64,000 nt of DNA, from assembly GCA_002305765.1 (NCBI GenBank), contig DBQU01000062.1:27859-91858 (forward strand), in the 5' to 3' direction. Shown here one piece after another: positions 38,392 through 47,794 of the stretch; positions within the stretch are counted from its first letter, which is position 1; each line of letters opens with the position of its first letter. The notes beneath the pieces are model-generated. The model was given only the letters and a program-made list of their open reading frames with translations. It ran no database searches and had not been told where the DNA came from. A program made the translations under genes and the position numbers. The DNA comes from Deltaproteobacteria bacterium UBA1386. Lineage in GTDB: Bacteria; Desulfobacterota; Syntrophorhabdia; Syntrophorhabdales; Syntrophorhabdaceae.

Positions 38392-39201
38392 TCACTTGCC
38401 CTCGGTCGCTTTCTTTTCGGGTTCGGCCGGTTTCTTTTCCGGCGCGCCCGTTTTCTGCTCCGACGAGCCCTGTTTCTGGTCGTCCGTCCTGAGGGCAGCC
38501 TCTATCGCGGGAAAATTGGCACCCATCACAAGGTCTTTGCCGTTTATGATGAACATCGGGGTGCCGCTCACTCCGATCTGGACCCCTATCTGCTTGTGGG
38601 CGTTCAACAGATCCGCTGCCTCCTGCTTTTTGCACACCTTGTATTTCTGCGTATCCAGCTTGCCCTTCATCGCCTCTTCGTATGCCTTTGCCCTGTCGGA
38701 GGAACAGAAGACATACTTGATCTTGTTCTCGGCGTCCTTGTGGGAAGGCAGGGGGAAGAAGAAAACATACCGCGTCAGGTCCTTCCTGGACTCGAAATAT
38801 GACGCGGCCCGGCGGCAGTAGGGACAATCGGGGTCGGTGAACTCTATGACCGTCTGCTTCCCGTTGCCGATCTTGATCGCCTTGTCGAGGGGCATCTTCT
38901 TTACGTTGGCCACGAGCATTTCCGACTTCCTGTCCTCCGTCAGGTTCTTGCCCGTCCCATCGATGATCTCGCCGACGAAGAGAAGGCCCTTTTCCTCAAA
39001 GAAATAGATGATGTCACCACCCTTCGAGACCTCATAGAGGCCGTTGACGGGTGTCGGGCGCATGGAATCGAAGGGTATCTGCGGATAGGCCTTCTTGAAT
39101 GCCTCCTCGTAAGGTTCGGCACACAGGCCGGCTGTGACGGTGAGCAGCGAAAGACCGATCACGATCATCATCATATATAGCAAAGAGTTTCTCTTTTTCA
39201 C
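38392..39201 (-). CDS. Periplasmic thiol:disulfide interchange protein (DsbC/DsbG-like)
   Basis: GTG start after AGGAGG. Signal peptide, CxxC in FTDPDCPYCRRA, and a low-complexity Lys/Glu/Pro C-terminal tail. Confidence 0.75.
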   Translation of the reverse strand: MKKRNSLLYMMMIVIGLSLLTVTAGLCAEPYEEAFKKAYPQIPFDSMRPTPVNGLYEVSKGGDIIYFFEEKGLLFVGEIIDGTGKNLTEDRKSEMLVANVKKMPLDKAIKIGNGKQTVIEFTDPDCPYCRRAASYFESRKDLTRYVFFFPLPSHKDAENKIKYVFCSSDRAKAYEEAMKGKLDTQKYKVCKKQEAADLLNAHKQIGVQIGVSGTPMFIINGKDLVMGANFPAIEAALRTDDQKQGSSEQKTGAPEKKPAEPEKKATEGK

Positions 39202-39359
39202 GGTTCCTCCTGTCGGAATTGATGGTCAAATATACCACCGACAGGGGGCAATTTCCATGAATAATTAGCCCGATGCCGGCCGGTAGCGGTATGCGGCGCG
39301 GCTCTTCGGATGCTGTCACCGGCGCCAGATGAGCCGCCTCTCGAGCCCGATCTGGGATC

Positions 39360-40019
39360 CTATCCGTTCCATTCTTGAACCCCCAGCAACCCTACCACTC
39401 CCCGTATATCATCGAAGATGTGGTCGGCCCCAGCGTTCACGAACTGCACGCGGGAGGTCCTGCCGGTTAGCACTCCCGCCGTCAGGGTCCCGAAGGCCCT
39501 GCCCGCCTCTATGTCCGTCGGATGGTCGCCCACCAGGACGGCCTCCCCCGGTGCCGCCTGAAGGGCCTCGAGGGCCAGGCGCACGTGCTCGGGGTTGGGT
39601 TTCACGTAGCGCGTGTCATCGCGTGTCACGACAGTGTCGACATGGCCGGCAAGATCGGGGAACACGGTCTCGATCACCTCGATGCATGTCCTCGTTATTA
39701 TTCCGACCTTGACTCCCTTTGACCTCAGCCGGAGAAGTGTGTCTTTTGCGTATGGATAAAGGGATTTGCCCCGTGCGGCCTCCACTTCAAGAAGACGTAG
39801 TTCCTGAAAGGCCCTCTGCCGAAACAGGGGTCCCTCCCCGGCGAGGGTGTCCGCGACGGCATGGATCATCTCGAGGATGTACTGGTCCGACTGGGAAGCA
39901 AGGAAGGACTCATCGACGTACTCCCTGGCCGTGTCCTCCACCTTCGCCCCGAGAACGGAGAAATCGAGGGTAAGAGGGGTCAGCGTACCGTCAAAATCAA
40001 ATATCGCCGCGCGTATCAT
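39360..40019 (-). CDS. HAD-superfamily hydrolase (phosphoglycolate-phosphatase-like)
   Basis: Motif I FDFDGTLT at the N-terminus; motif III/IV region VLVGDHPTDIEAG. Confidence 0.8.
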   Translation of the reverse strand: MIRAAIFDFDGTLTPLTLDFSVLGAKVEDTAREYVDESFLASQSDQYILEMIHAVADTLAGEGPLFRQRAFQELRLLEVEAARGKSLYPYAKDTLLRLRSKGVKVGIITRTCIEVIETVFPDLAGHVDTVVTRDDTRYVKPNPEHVRLALEALQAAPGEAVLVGDHPTDIEAGRAFGTLTAGVLTGRTSRVQFVNAGADHIFDDIRGVVGLLGVQEWNG

Positions 40020-40069
40020 GGATCAGGGGACCTGCCGGTTCCGGGGGGCAGTGATATGGTCATCATCCG

Positions 40070-41215
40070 CTAGAGATCTTTGAGGCAATCCGTCGCGGCG
40101 GCAACACCCGCCCCCATCGTGAAGGCGTAGCCAAGGTCCCTGAGCGCGAACTCGATGGCCGCGACGGCCGTTATGACATCGTACTTGTCGGCGTAGCCGA
40201 GGGTAGCCAGGCGGAATATCCTCCCCTTCAACTGGTCCTGTCCACCGGCACCGGTCACACCATATTTCTTCCACAGGGTCTTGTATATCGCCTGGCCGTC
40301 GATCCCTTCCGGGGCGCAAATGGCCGTGACCGCCGGAGAGGGATTCTTCGAGAATATCTCCAGACCGATCGCGCAGGCGCCTTCCCGGGTCGCTTTGGCG
40401 AGCATCTCACTCCTGCGGTAGACATTTTCCAGGCCTTCCTCCCTGAGGATCCTCAGGGACTCCCTCAAGCCCACGATCAGCGAGATGGCGGGGGTGAAGT
40501 TGGTCTGGTTCTTTTTCAGATTGTTCCGTTCCTTCTCCCAGTCAAAGTAGAACCTCGGCATACGGGACGCCTTGTTGAACTCCCAGGCCTTGTCGCTGAC
40601 CCCGGCAAAGGCCAGCCCCGGCGGGAGCATAAGGGCCTTCTGGGAACCGCCGATCAGGACGTCGATGCCCCACTCGTCCATGGGCAGGGGGAAAACCCCG
40701 ACACCGGTTATCCCGTCGACGACCATCAATGTGCCGGGGCACTCCCTGACGATGGCGGCAACTTCCCTGACGGGGAACATGGTCCCCGTGGAGGTCTCCG
40801 TGGCCTGCATGTAGACCGCCTTGGCGTCGGGGTTCTCCTTGAGGGTCCTTTCGACTACCGCCGGGTCGAGGACGTCCCCCCAGGGTAGATCGATGTTCAC
40901 GCATTCCACGCCGTAAGCGCGGCAGATCTCAGCCCAGCGTTCCCCGAACTTGCCGCTGCGGACCACGACGGCCCTGTCTCCCGGTGAAAGCATGTTCGTC
41001 ACGGCGCCTTCCATCGCGCCCGTACCCGATGAAGAGAAAATGAGCACCTCGTTGCCGGTGCCGAAGAGGTGCCTCAGGTTCTCCCTGACCTCATCCACCA
41101 CCACCTCGAACATTGGATTGCGATGGTGGACCATGGGCTCCGCCATCTTCAGCAACACCTCCGGCGGGATCTGGGTCGGGCCGGGAGCGAGCAAGTACCG
41201 TTTAAGCATCATCAA
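40070..41215 (-). CDS. Class V aminotransferase (serine-pyruvate / alanine-glyoxylate type)
   Basis: 381 aa; N-terminus LLAPGPTQIPPEVL and the PLP-Lys region SQKAL. Confidence 0.85.
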   Translation of the reverse strand: MMMLKRYLLAPGPTQIPPEVLLKMAEPMVHHRNPMFEVVVDEVRENLRHLFGTGNEVLIFSSSGTGAMEGAVTNMLSPGDRAVVVRSGKFGERWAEICRAYGVECVNIDLPWGDVLDPAVVERTLKENPDAKAVYMQATETSTGTMFPVREVAAIVRECPGTLMVVDGITGVGVFPLPMDEWGIDVLIGGSQKALMLPPGLAFAGVSDKAWEFNKASRMPRFYFDWEKERNNLKKNQTNFTPAISLIVGLRESLRILREEGLENVYRRSEMLAKATREGACAIGLEIFSKNPSPAVTAICAPEGIDGQAIYKTLWKKYGVTGAGGQDQLKGRIFRLATLGYADKYDVITAVAAIEFALRDLGYAFTMGAGVAAATDCLKDL

Positions 41216-41354
41216 TCTCCTTAATTTTAATGCTAGTTTCTAACAAATTCGTCTTAAAACCGTCAAGCAAAATGATATTACAAAAGGTCTGCCGTTTATG
41301 CTATATTTCACCTATACGATTCGTCCCGCCATCGCGGGTGAACAACAGGAGGTA

Positions 41355-41753
41355 ATGATGGCGCAGGGCCCCTATAGCGATACAGTGATGGACCATTTCG
41401 AGCATCCCAGGAACATGGGCGAGATGGACGGAGCCGATGGCATGGCACAGGTGGGCAACCCCGCGTGCGGTGACGTGACGAGGATCTTCCTCAAGATAGA
41501 GAACGACCGCATTGTCGATGTCAAGTTCAAGACCTTCGGCTGCGCGGCCGCGATCGCGTCAAGCAGCATGACCACGGAACTCATCAAGGGAAAGACCATC
41601 GATGAGGCTCTTAAGCTCACGAACGAGATCGTCGCGCGGGAGCTCGGCGGGCTCCCCGAGGCCAAGATGCACTGTTCGGTCATGGCGGAAGAGGCCCTCA
41701 GGGCCGCCATCGAAGACTACAGGAAGAAACAGGGGGAACAGGGCGATCCATGA
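41355..41753 (+). CDS. iscU: Fe-S cluster scaffold IscU/NifU N-terminal-domain protein
   Basis: AGGAGG precedes the tandem ATG ATG at 41355/41358. Motifs NPACGD, FGCAAAIASSS and KMHCS. Confidence 0.9.
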   Translation: MMAQGPYSDTVMDHFEHPRNMGEMDGADGMAQVGNPACGDVTRIFLKIENDRIVDVKFKTFGCAAAIASSSMTTELIKGKTIDEALKLTNEIVARELGGLPEAKMHCSVMAEEALRAAIEDYRKKQGEQGDP

Positions 41754-42133
41754 CGGAGTTCCATGTCAGAACGTCGAAAAGAATAGAGGCCCTGAACATA
41801 ACCAGCCAGGTCGTGAACGCGGCAAGGGGAAAGGCCGGGAAGATCCTCCATGTCTACACCCCCCACACCACGTGCGCGATTACGATCAATGAATACGCTG
41901 ACCCCGATGTCGTGCGTGACATCATCGAAGCCCTGGACAGGATGGTTCCTGCGGGGTATCCGTACCGGCACGGGGAGGGAAATTCCGATGCCCACATCAA
42001 GGCCGTGCTCGTCGGGGCGTCGGTGAGCATCCCGCTTTCCGGGGACGTGCCCGCGCTGGGAACCTGGCAGGGAATCTTCCTCATGGAATTCGACGGACCG
42101 CGGGAGAGAAAGGTCCAGATCACGGTGACATGA
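41750..42133 (+). CDS. yjbQ: YjbQ/UPF0047 family protein (secondary thiamine-phosphate synthase fold)
   Basis: 127 aa; blocks HTTCAITINEYADPDV and NSDAHIKAVLVGASVSIP. ATGA overlap with iscU. Confidence 0.8.
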   Translation: MTEFHVRTSKRIEALNITSQVVNAARGKAGKILHVYTPHTTCAITINEYADPDVVRDIIEALDRMVPAGYPYRHGEGNSDAHIKAVLVGASVSIPLSGDVPALGTWQGIFLMEFDGPRERKVQITVT

Positions 42134-42164
42134 GATAGCAACACGCGTGCCGAAAGAACGATAA

Positions 42165-42641
42165 ATGGAGAAACCAATGACAAGACTGAAGACAATATGC
42201 GCCATAACACTGTGTCTCGTTTTCTTAGGGGCCTCTGCAACAATAGCCTTCGCGAAGAATGAAAAGGTCGCGACACCGAAGGAGTACGGGGCATACATCA
42301 AGACGAGCAAGGGACTCATCAGGCTCCTGCCCAACATCGTCTTCGATGAGGACGGGGTCATCTTCGTGGAGTCCAACAATCCCGCCCATTTTTTCCTCAA
42401 GGATTTCCAGTACTTCGTCCTCTACGGCAAATACGAAATGAGCGTGCTCACCGTGAACCCCATGGGCTTCTATCAGTCGTCGGCACTCGGCAAACCACGC
42501 TTCGCCTTCGGCAAGGACATCGAGATCGACGTCAAACCCCAGGGCAAAGACATGTACATCATCAAACCCAAGGGGCTGCTCGGCAGGGGATACTACAGCA
42601 TCTGGATCAACGACACCGCATGGGATTTCATGCTCGACTGA
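42165..42641 (+). CDS. Secreted hypothetical protein
   Basis: 158 aa; signal peptide (ICAITLCLVFLGASATIAFA). No family recognised. Confidence 0.6.
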   Translation: MEKPMTRLKTICAITLCLVFLGASATIAFAKNEKVATPKEYGAYIKTSKGLIRLLPNIVFDEDGVIFVESNNPAHFFLKDFQYFVLYGKYEMSVLTVNPMGFYQSSALGKPRFAFGKDIEIDVKPQGKDMYIIKPKGLLGRGYYSIWINDTAWDFMLD

Positions 42642-42785
42642 CACCGGCTTGAACCGCTTGAATGGCTTGAGCCGTTTGAGCGTTGAAAGACAAAAAAAAT
42701 GACCCCCGTTGTGCTCGGCCACACAGGGGTCGTTCTTTTTCTAACGTTCAAGCGGCTCAAGCCATTCAAGCGGTTTAAGCCGGTG
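42642..42785. repeat. Family A hairpin element (about 45-nt arms of 9-nt units) enclosing a bidirectional terminator
   Basis: 42642..42684 and 42743..42785 are reverse complements at 40 of 43 positions. Confidence 0.9.
42691..42740. terminator. Bidirectional intrinsic terminator (A-run, GC hairpin, T-run)
   Basis: CAAAAAAAAT, then GACCCC...GGGGTC (42701..42731, with inner TGTG/CACA pairing), then GTTCTTTTT. Confidence 0.65.
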
Positions 42786-42790
42786 TTTTT

Positions 42791-42865
42791 TGGAGGCGGC
42801 ATCCGGATTTGAACCGGAGAATAACGGTTTTGCAGACCGTCGCCTTACCACTTGGCTATGCCGCC
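42791..42865 (-). tRNA. tRNA-Cys (anticodon GCA)
   Basis: The reverse complement folds as a cloverleaf: acceptor GGCGGCA/TGCCGCC, anticodon loop CTGCAAA, T-loop TTCAAAT, encoded CCA. Confidence 0.9.
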
Positions 42866-42956
42866 ATGCATTTCAGGACCAGGCGAGCCGCGTCGGCAAC
42901 TCGTGAAGCCAATGAGCTTTTTTTTGGAGCGGGCGTCTTCACCCGCTTCGGTTTTT

Positions 42957-43031
<75 letters not shown>

Positions 43032-43043
43032 ACGTGTTGTTTC

Positions 43044-43072
43044 TTATAATACAAACCCCTCCCCGATGTCAA
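43044..43072 (-). promoter_or_regulatory. Candidate sigma70 promoter of the tRNA-Gly/tRNA-Cys unit
   Basis: Reverse strand reads TTGACA (43072..43067), a 17-nt spacer, then TTATAA (43049..43044). The mature tRNA-Gly 5' end lies 12 nt downstream. Confidence 0.5.
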
Positions 43073-43107
43073 GACGGAAAAGAGTGGTCGCCTCGGAGCC
43101 GCGACGC

Positions 43108-43144
43108 AAAAAAAACCGGAGGAGACCCGGATAATCTCCCCCGG
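43108..43144 (-). terminator. Orphan intrinsic terminator on the minus strand
   Basis: Reverse strand reads CCGGGGGAGA-TTATCCGGG-TCTCCTCCGG (10-bp stem including one G:U) followed directly by 8 T. No annotated minus-strand gene lies upstream of it. Confidence 0.5.
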
Positions 43145-43309
43145 CATTCAGCAGGCAAGCCAGCTACCCTGCATCTTCATTCATCGTTAAGGCGACCCGG
43201 GGTCCACGCCCTTTGTCGGCCCTTTATCGTACCGGCCCGTAATCCCTTTCCTGAGAACCTTTCCCGACCGTTCGACACATCTATGATATACGGCCTCCTG
43301 TCATTTTTC

Positions 43310-43325
43310 TGTAAAACAGGCTACA
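43310..43325. promoter_or_regulatory. Near-palindrome TGTAA-N6-CTACA, 21 nt upstream of the Crp/Fnr-family gene
   Basis: TGTAAAACAGGCTACA is identical at 13 of 16 positions to the palindrome at 47795..47810. It has 5-N6-5 spacing like CRP-family sites. Confidence 0.35.
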
Positions 43326-43345
43326 TTCGTGCTAGTTTTTATAGG

Positions 43346-44065
43346 ATGAAAACCAAGAAAGTCGAAAACGAGGTTCCCCTGCCCTATTTTTCCGATTCAC
43401 CCTATGTCACGGATAATGTCGGCAAATTCACGGACGAACTGGACACTCTTCTCTCCATCGGGCGCCTCAGGCACTACAGCCCCGGTCAGATCATATACCT
43501 GCAGGGCGAGGAGAGCACGAGCTTCTACTTTGTCAGGGACGGGAAGGTCAAGGTGAGCATTTTCAAGGAGAACGGTTCGGAGAAGATACTCGCCATACAG
43601 GAGGACAACACCTTTTTCGGAGAGAGCGCGGCCTTCGATCGCTACCCCTATTTCGCCACGGCCACGGCCATGGAGGAATCGAACATCTACGCCTTCGATA
43701 TCGAGGAGACCGAGGCCCTGCTCAAGGCGCATCCCGAGGTGTCGCTGCTCATCATCACCTCCATCATCAGAAAGCTCAGACTTCTCGGGCTGCAGGTGGA
43801 AGGCCTCTCTTTCCTGGACGCGCAGAAACGTGTTGCCAGCATCCTCCTGAAGCTCATGCACGAGGTCGGCGAACCCACCGCCGGCGGCATTCTCATAAAG
43901 AAGAGGATCACCCACGAAGACCTTGCCAACATCACGGGCCTCTCGCGGGTAACGGTGACGAATGTTCTTAACTACCTGGACAGACTGAAGCTCATCACGA
44001 AAGGGCGCCTGAAGTATACCATCATAGATCGCGCCAAGCTCGAGTCCTTTGTTCGGTCGAAATGA
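43346..44065 (+). CDS. Crp/Fnr family transcriptional regulator
   Basis: The long ORF 42809..44065 crosses two tRNA genes. The start is taken at ATG 43346 (MKTKKVENE). cNMP-binding-like barrel (GQIIYLQGEESTSFYFVRDGKVKV...FGESA) and a C-terminal HTH (HEDLANITGLSRVTVTNVL). The start codon is uncertain because the SD is weak. Confidence 0.8.
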   Translation: MKTKKVENEVPLPYFSDSPYVTDNVGKFTDELDTLLSIGRLRHYSPGQIIYLQGEESTSFYFVRDGKVKVSIFKENGSEKILAIQEDNTFFGESAAFDRYPYFATATAMEESNIYAFDIEETEALLKAHPEVSLLIITSIIRKLRLLGLQVEGLSFLDAQKRVASILLKLMHEVGEPTAGGILIKKRITHEDLANITGLSRVTVTNVLNYLDRLKLITKGRLKYTIIDRAKLESFVRSK

Positions 44066-45045
44066 GCAGGACGCCTATCATGTTCCGGAGCATGTTATAC
44101 TGCCTTGCCCTGGCGGCCGTCTGTCTCCTTCCTGCCACGCAGGCGCATTGTACCCGCCTGAAAACGGTCACCTTCGCAGCGACAAACACGGTCTGGGTGA
44201 GACAGTTCCATCTCTTCACCGACGCCGTACAACGCGACAGCAAAGGGGAGATCCGTTTTCAGTTGGTGGGGGGGCCCGAGGCGATCCCGCCTTTTGAACA
44301 GATCGAGGCGATACGAAAAGGCGTCGTCGATATGGCCCTTCTGCCGGCGGCCTATTTCGTGGCCCAGATGCCCGAAGCGGATGCCATGAAGCTTTCTCCC
44401 CATTCTCCCATGGAAGAACGAAAAAGGGGGATCTTCGCGTTCTACAGGGAACTGATGGAGAAACATCTCGACGTCATATATCTCGGGAAGGTAACGGGGG
44501 GGATCAGTTATCATCTCTACCTCAGGAAGCCTTTAAAAGGACCTGATCTCAAGGGTCTTAAGATCAGGGTCACCCCCATTTACGAACCCTTCGTCAGGGC
44601 CCTTGGCGGAGCCGGGGTCACGACGGCTCCCGGTGAGGTCTATGTCGCCCTCGAAAGGGCCATAGTGGATGGTTTCGGCTGGCCGTCCATCGGCGTTCAA
44701 GAGATGGGGTGGGAAGAGGTGGTCCGCTATGTCATAGACCCCGGCTTCTACCAGACCGATGTCTGCGTTCTGATGAACAGGAAGACCTGGGACGCTCTTC
44801 CCGCCAGCGAAAAAAAGCTCATCGCCCGGGCCGTCGAGAAAGCAGAGCGTGAGACCTATGACCTTTCCAGGAAGCTGGCAGGGCAGGAAAGACAGCTTCT
44901 CCTCTCCCGGGGCGTACAGGCGATAGAGTTCAGGGACAATGAAAAGGAGTTTTACCTCGACACGGCCTACCGGGCGGGCTGGGAGAAGGTCATTGCAAAG
45001 AGTCCCGTCATCGGGGGGCATCTCAGAAAGCTGATGGGGCGATGA
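44062..45045 (+). CDS. dctP: TRAP transporter substrate-binding protein (DctP family)
   Basis: 327 aa with a signal peptide. DctP-like blocks; followed by the Q and M permease genes. ATGA overlap with the regulator gene. Confidence 0.8.
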   Translation: MSRTPIMFRSMLYCLALAAVCLLPATQAHCTRLKTVTFAATNTVWVRQFHLFTDAVQRDSKGEIRFQLVGGPEAIPPFEQIEAIRKGVVDMALLPAAYFVAQMPEADAMKLSPHSPMEERKRGIFAFYRELMEKHLDVIYLGKVTGGISYHLYLRKPLKGPDLKGLKIRVTPIYEPFVRALGGAGVTTAPGEVYVALERAIVDGFGWPSIGVQEMGWEEVVRYVIDPGFYQTDVCVLMNRKTWDALPASEKKLIARAVEKAERETYDLSRKLAGQERQLLLSRGVQAIEFRDNEKEFYLDTAYRAGWEKVIAKSPVIGGHLRKLMGR

Positions 45046-45046
45046 T

Positions 45047-45523
45047 GTGAGGCGCCTCCTTTCCAGGACCCTCGACGCCGCGGCCGTATTCTCCGCCGCC
45101 TGCATAGCGTTCATCGCCCTGTCCATATCCTGCGAGGTCATAGCAAGGTATTTCCTGCACCGGCCCCTCAGGTGGACCGTCGAGATATCGGAATACCTGC
45201 AGATCTACTTTTCCTTTCTCAGTGCCGCCTGGGTCCTGAGGAAAAAAGGGCATGTAAGCCTGGATATCGTGGTGGTCCGGCTCGGCCCCAGGGGCAGGAA
45301 AGCCTTCAGGTTGGCAACGGACATACTTTCCATCGTCGTTGCCGCAACGCTGTGCCTCTTCTCAGCCCTCGTCGCACGCGAACAACTCCTTCTCGGGACA
45401 CCTGTCATCAAGTCGCTGGAAGTGCCGAAATGGATCGTCATCGCACCCATACCGCTGGGCATGCTCCTTGTTACGGCTGAATCCTTCGTCAAGCTCATCG
45501 ACGACCTGCGGGGCGGGGGCTGA
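45047..45523 (+). CDS. dctQ: TRAP transporter small permease (DctQ family)
   Basis: 158 aa, 4 TM, GTG start 1 nt after the dctP stop. Confidence 0.8.
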   Translation: MRRLLSRTLDAAAVFSAACIAFIALSISCEVIARYFLHRPLRWTVEISEYLQIYFSFLSAAWVLRKKGHVSLDIVVVRLGPRGRKAFRLATDILSIVVAATLCLFSALVAREQLLLGTPVIKSLEVPKWIVIAPIPLGMLLVTAESFVKLIDDLRGGG

Positions 45524-45524
45524 C

Positions 45525-46829
45525 GTGGAGTGGTGGGTCGTACTCCTCGTCTTCTTCGGCGGTTTCATCGGCCTGCTCGTGACCGGTCTCCCCGTTGCCT
45601 TCGCCTTCTTTCTCATCAATATCGTTGGGGCATATTTCTTCATGGGAGGAACCGAAGGCATCAAACAGCTCATCCTCAATATGTACAGCTCCCTCGCCAA
45701 CTTCACCCTGACTCCCATACCCCTGTTCATTTTCATGGGAGAGATACTGTTCAGATGCGGCATCGCGCGCAACGTCCTCAATATCTTCGACAAGTTCTTC
45801 GGCCGGATCCCGGGAAGGCTCGGCATCCTGGCCGTCGCCGCCTCCACCTTCTTCTCCGGTCTCACCGGTTCCGCCATCAGCAACACGGCCCTTCTGGGCT
45901 CGTCACTCATGCCGGAGATGCGCCTGAGAGGCTACGGCAAACCCCTCATGATCGGCCCCATAATCGGGACCGGAGGACTTGCCATGATGATCCCGCCAAG
46001 CGCGCTTGCCGTCGTCCTCGGCTCCGTGGCCCAGATATCCATATCGGGGATACTGATAGGGGGCATATTCCCGGGACTCATCATGGCCTTTCTCTACGCC
46101 GCTTATATCATAGGGAGGACTTTCCTCCAGCCCTCGATGGCCCCGGATTACGAGGTCCCGAGATCGGACCCCGTGAGCATCGTGAAGGAGCTTCTCGTTT
46201 ACGTCATGCCTTTGACAAGCGTCGTAGCCCTCGTCCTGGGCCCGATATACATGGGGATAGCCACACCCACCGAGGCCGCCTCCCTGGGATGCGTGGGAGC
46301 CCTGACCCTTTCGATCGTGTACGGAAAGCTCACATTCTCGATATTCTCGGAAGCCCTGGCGGCCACGCTGAGAACGAGTTCGATGATCTTCCTCATAATA
46401 GCCGGTTCCGTCGGGTACAGCCAGATCATTTCCTTCAGCGGCGCCGGAGCGGGCCTCATCTCCGCTGTCGTCTCCCTCAACCTGCCCGACGTCCTTCTCA
46501 TCACGATCCTGCTTTCGATGCTGCTTCTGCTCGGCTGTTTCATGGACCAGATAGCCATGATGATGGTAACGGTCCCCCTCTTCATGCCCATCGTCTACCA
46601 GGCGAACATAGACCCGCTCTGGTTCGGGATCATGATGCTCATCGCCCTCGACATCGGCTTCACCTCGCCGCCCTTCGGCCTCCTCCTTTTCGTGATGAAA
46701 GGCATAACCTCGGAAGATATCACCATGCTGGACATTTACAAGGCGACAATCCCCTTCATTGCCTGCAATCTCTTCACCCTCACTCTCATCCTCGCGTTCC
46801 CGCGCATAGTGATGGTTTTTCTGAAATGA
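45525..46829 (+). CDS. dctM: TRAP transporter large permease (DctM family)
   Basis: In-frame GTG at 45525 (VEWWVVLLVFFGGFIGLLVTGLPVAFAFF), 1 nt after the dctQ stop. About 434 aa, polytopic. Confidence 0.85.
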   Translation: MEWWVVLLVFFGGFIGLLVTGLPVAFAFFLINIVGAYFFMGGTEGIKQLILNMYSSLANFTLTPIPLFIFMGEILFRCGIARNVLNIFDKFFGRIPGRLGILAVAASTFFSGLTGSAISNTALLGSSLMPEMRLRGYGKPLMIGPIIGTGGLAMMIPPSALAVVLGSVAQISISGILIGGIFPGLIMAFLYAAYIIGRTFLQPSMAPDYEVPRSDPVSIVKELLVYVMPLTSVVALVLGPIYMGIATPTEAASLGCVGALTLSIVYGKLTFSIFSEALAATLRTSSMIFLIIAGSVGYSQIISFSGAGAGLISAVVSLNLPDVLLITILLSMLLLLGCFMDQIAMMMVTVPLFMPIVYQANIDPLWFGIMMLIALDIGFTSPPFGLLLFVMKGITSEDITMLDIYKATIPFIACNLFTLTLILAFPRIVMVFLK

Positions 46830-46852
46830 CGTGAAGGACCGTGGGACAGGAT

Positions 46853-47776
46853 TCACAGGTCCTTGAGGAGTCTCATTATCGCACTGTTCCAACCATCCGG
46901 TCCCGCTCCCCGGGCCCGGTCGAAATCCTCCGCTACAAGCACCCGGTCGTAGCCCCCGCCGTGTTTTTCGACGATGATCGGGCGGTCGACAGCCTGGAGC
47001 ATCGGCAGGTCATTGGGGCTGTCCCCCAGGGCCACCGTCGTCACCTCGCCATATTCTCTGCGGAACATTCCGGTGAGGATGGAAACAGCCTTACCCTTGT
47101 CACTTTCGCCCAGGATATGATGGAAAAGCCCCTGCGTGACCCTGAAGCCCTTCCTTTCTATGGAGGCCCGCAGCTTATCCCCCATCACCGCGTCTCCCCC
47201 GAAGAGGAAAGGTTCGTCGAATTCCCGCTTTGCCGCCATGACCGCTTCGTTGAGGGGCAGGCCGGTCGCGGCGGCGATCTCTTCGGCGGTCATATCTCCG
47301 AATCCGCGAACGTCAAACCCCTCGCCGCGAAGCTCTCTCAGGGCCCTGCGCAGGTCCTGATACCTGGCGCCAAGCCGGAGGACAAGATGCGGCCCCTCGT
47401 CGCCTCCTTCGGGCCTCGCCGGCGACACCGCGTCGGCCCTGAAATACCCGTGTGGCACGAAGACCGCGCCTCCGTTCTCCGAGATGAAAGGGTCGGCGTT
47501 ACGCAGTTTTGCGCGATAATGCTCGATCTCGGCCCGTGTCTTGCTGGAACAGATCACTACGGGGACATGTCTCTCCCTGAGCATGCCGAGGGCGGGCAGG
47601 GCCGGATCAAAGGAATAGGTCCGCGCGTCGAGGAGGGTTCCATCGAGGTCGGTGAACACGACGGCTCTTCTCACCGGCACACAGCCTTTCCGGCACCCCC
47701 GCCCGAAGGCGAACGGCACATGTGAGCCCGCGACCCTTTTTTGTGACGTATTATCATACTTATGATATGCTACCAT
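46853..47776 (-). CDS. HAD-IIB phosphatase of the mannosyl-/glucosyl-3-phosphoglycerate phosphatase (MpgP/YedP) family
   Basis: VVFTDLDGTLLDARTYSFDPALPALGMLRERHVPVVICSSKTRAEIE closely parallels E. coli YedP / MpgP as I recall them. The N-terminal ~35 aa may be an over-extension. Confidence 0.75.
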   Translation of the reverse strand: MVAYHKYDNTSQKRVAGSHVPFAFGRGCRKGCVPVRRAVVFTDLDGTLLDARTYSFDPALPALGMLRERHVPVVICSSKTRAEIEHYRAKLRNADPFISENGGAVFVPHGYFRADAVSPARPEGGDEGPHLVLRLGARYQDLRRALRELRGEGFDVRGFGDMTAEEIAAATGLPLNEAVMAAKREFDEPFLFGGDAVMGDKLRASIERKGFRVTQGLFHHILGESDKGKAVSILTGMFRREYGEVTTVALGDSPNDLPMLQAVDRPIIVEKHGGGYDRVLVAEDFDRARGAGPDGWNSAIMRLLKDL

Positions 47777-47794
47777 ATAGCGGTTTCAGGAGAG

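Noticed and set aside
39209-39245. 8-bp stem (CCTGTCGG / CCGACAGG) just upstream of the DsbC-like start as a possible SD-sequestering switch
   Set aside because: The stem overlaps the AGGAGG by only 2 nt and has a 21-nt loop. This is too weak to argue for regulation.
45530-46834. 434-aa plus-strand ORF in an alternative frame of dctM
   Set aside because: Its translation is Arg/His/Pro-rich and non-membrane-like. The other frame gives a typical polytopic DctM permease that starts 1 nt after dctQ.
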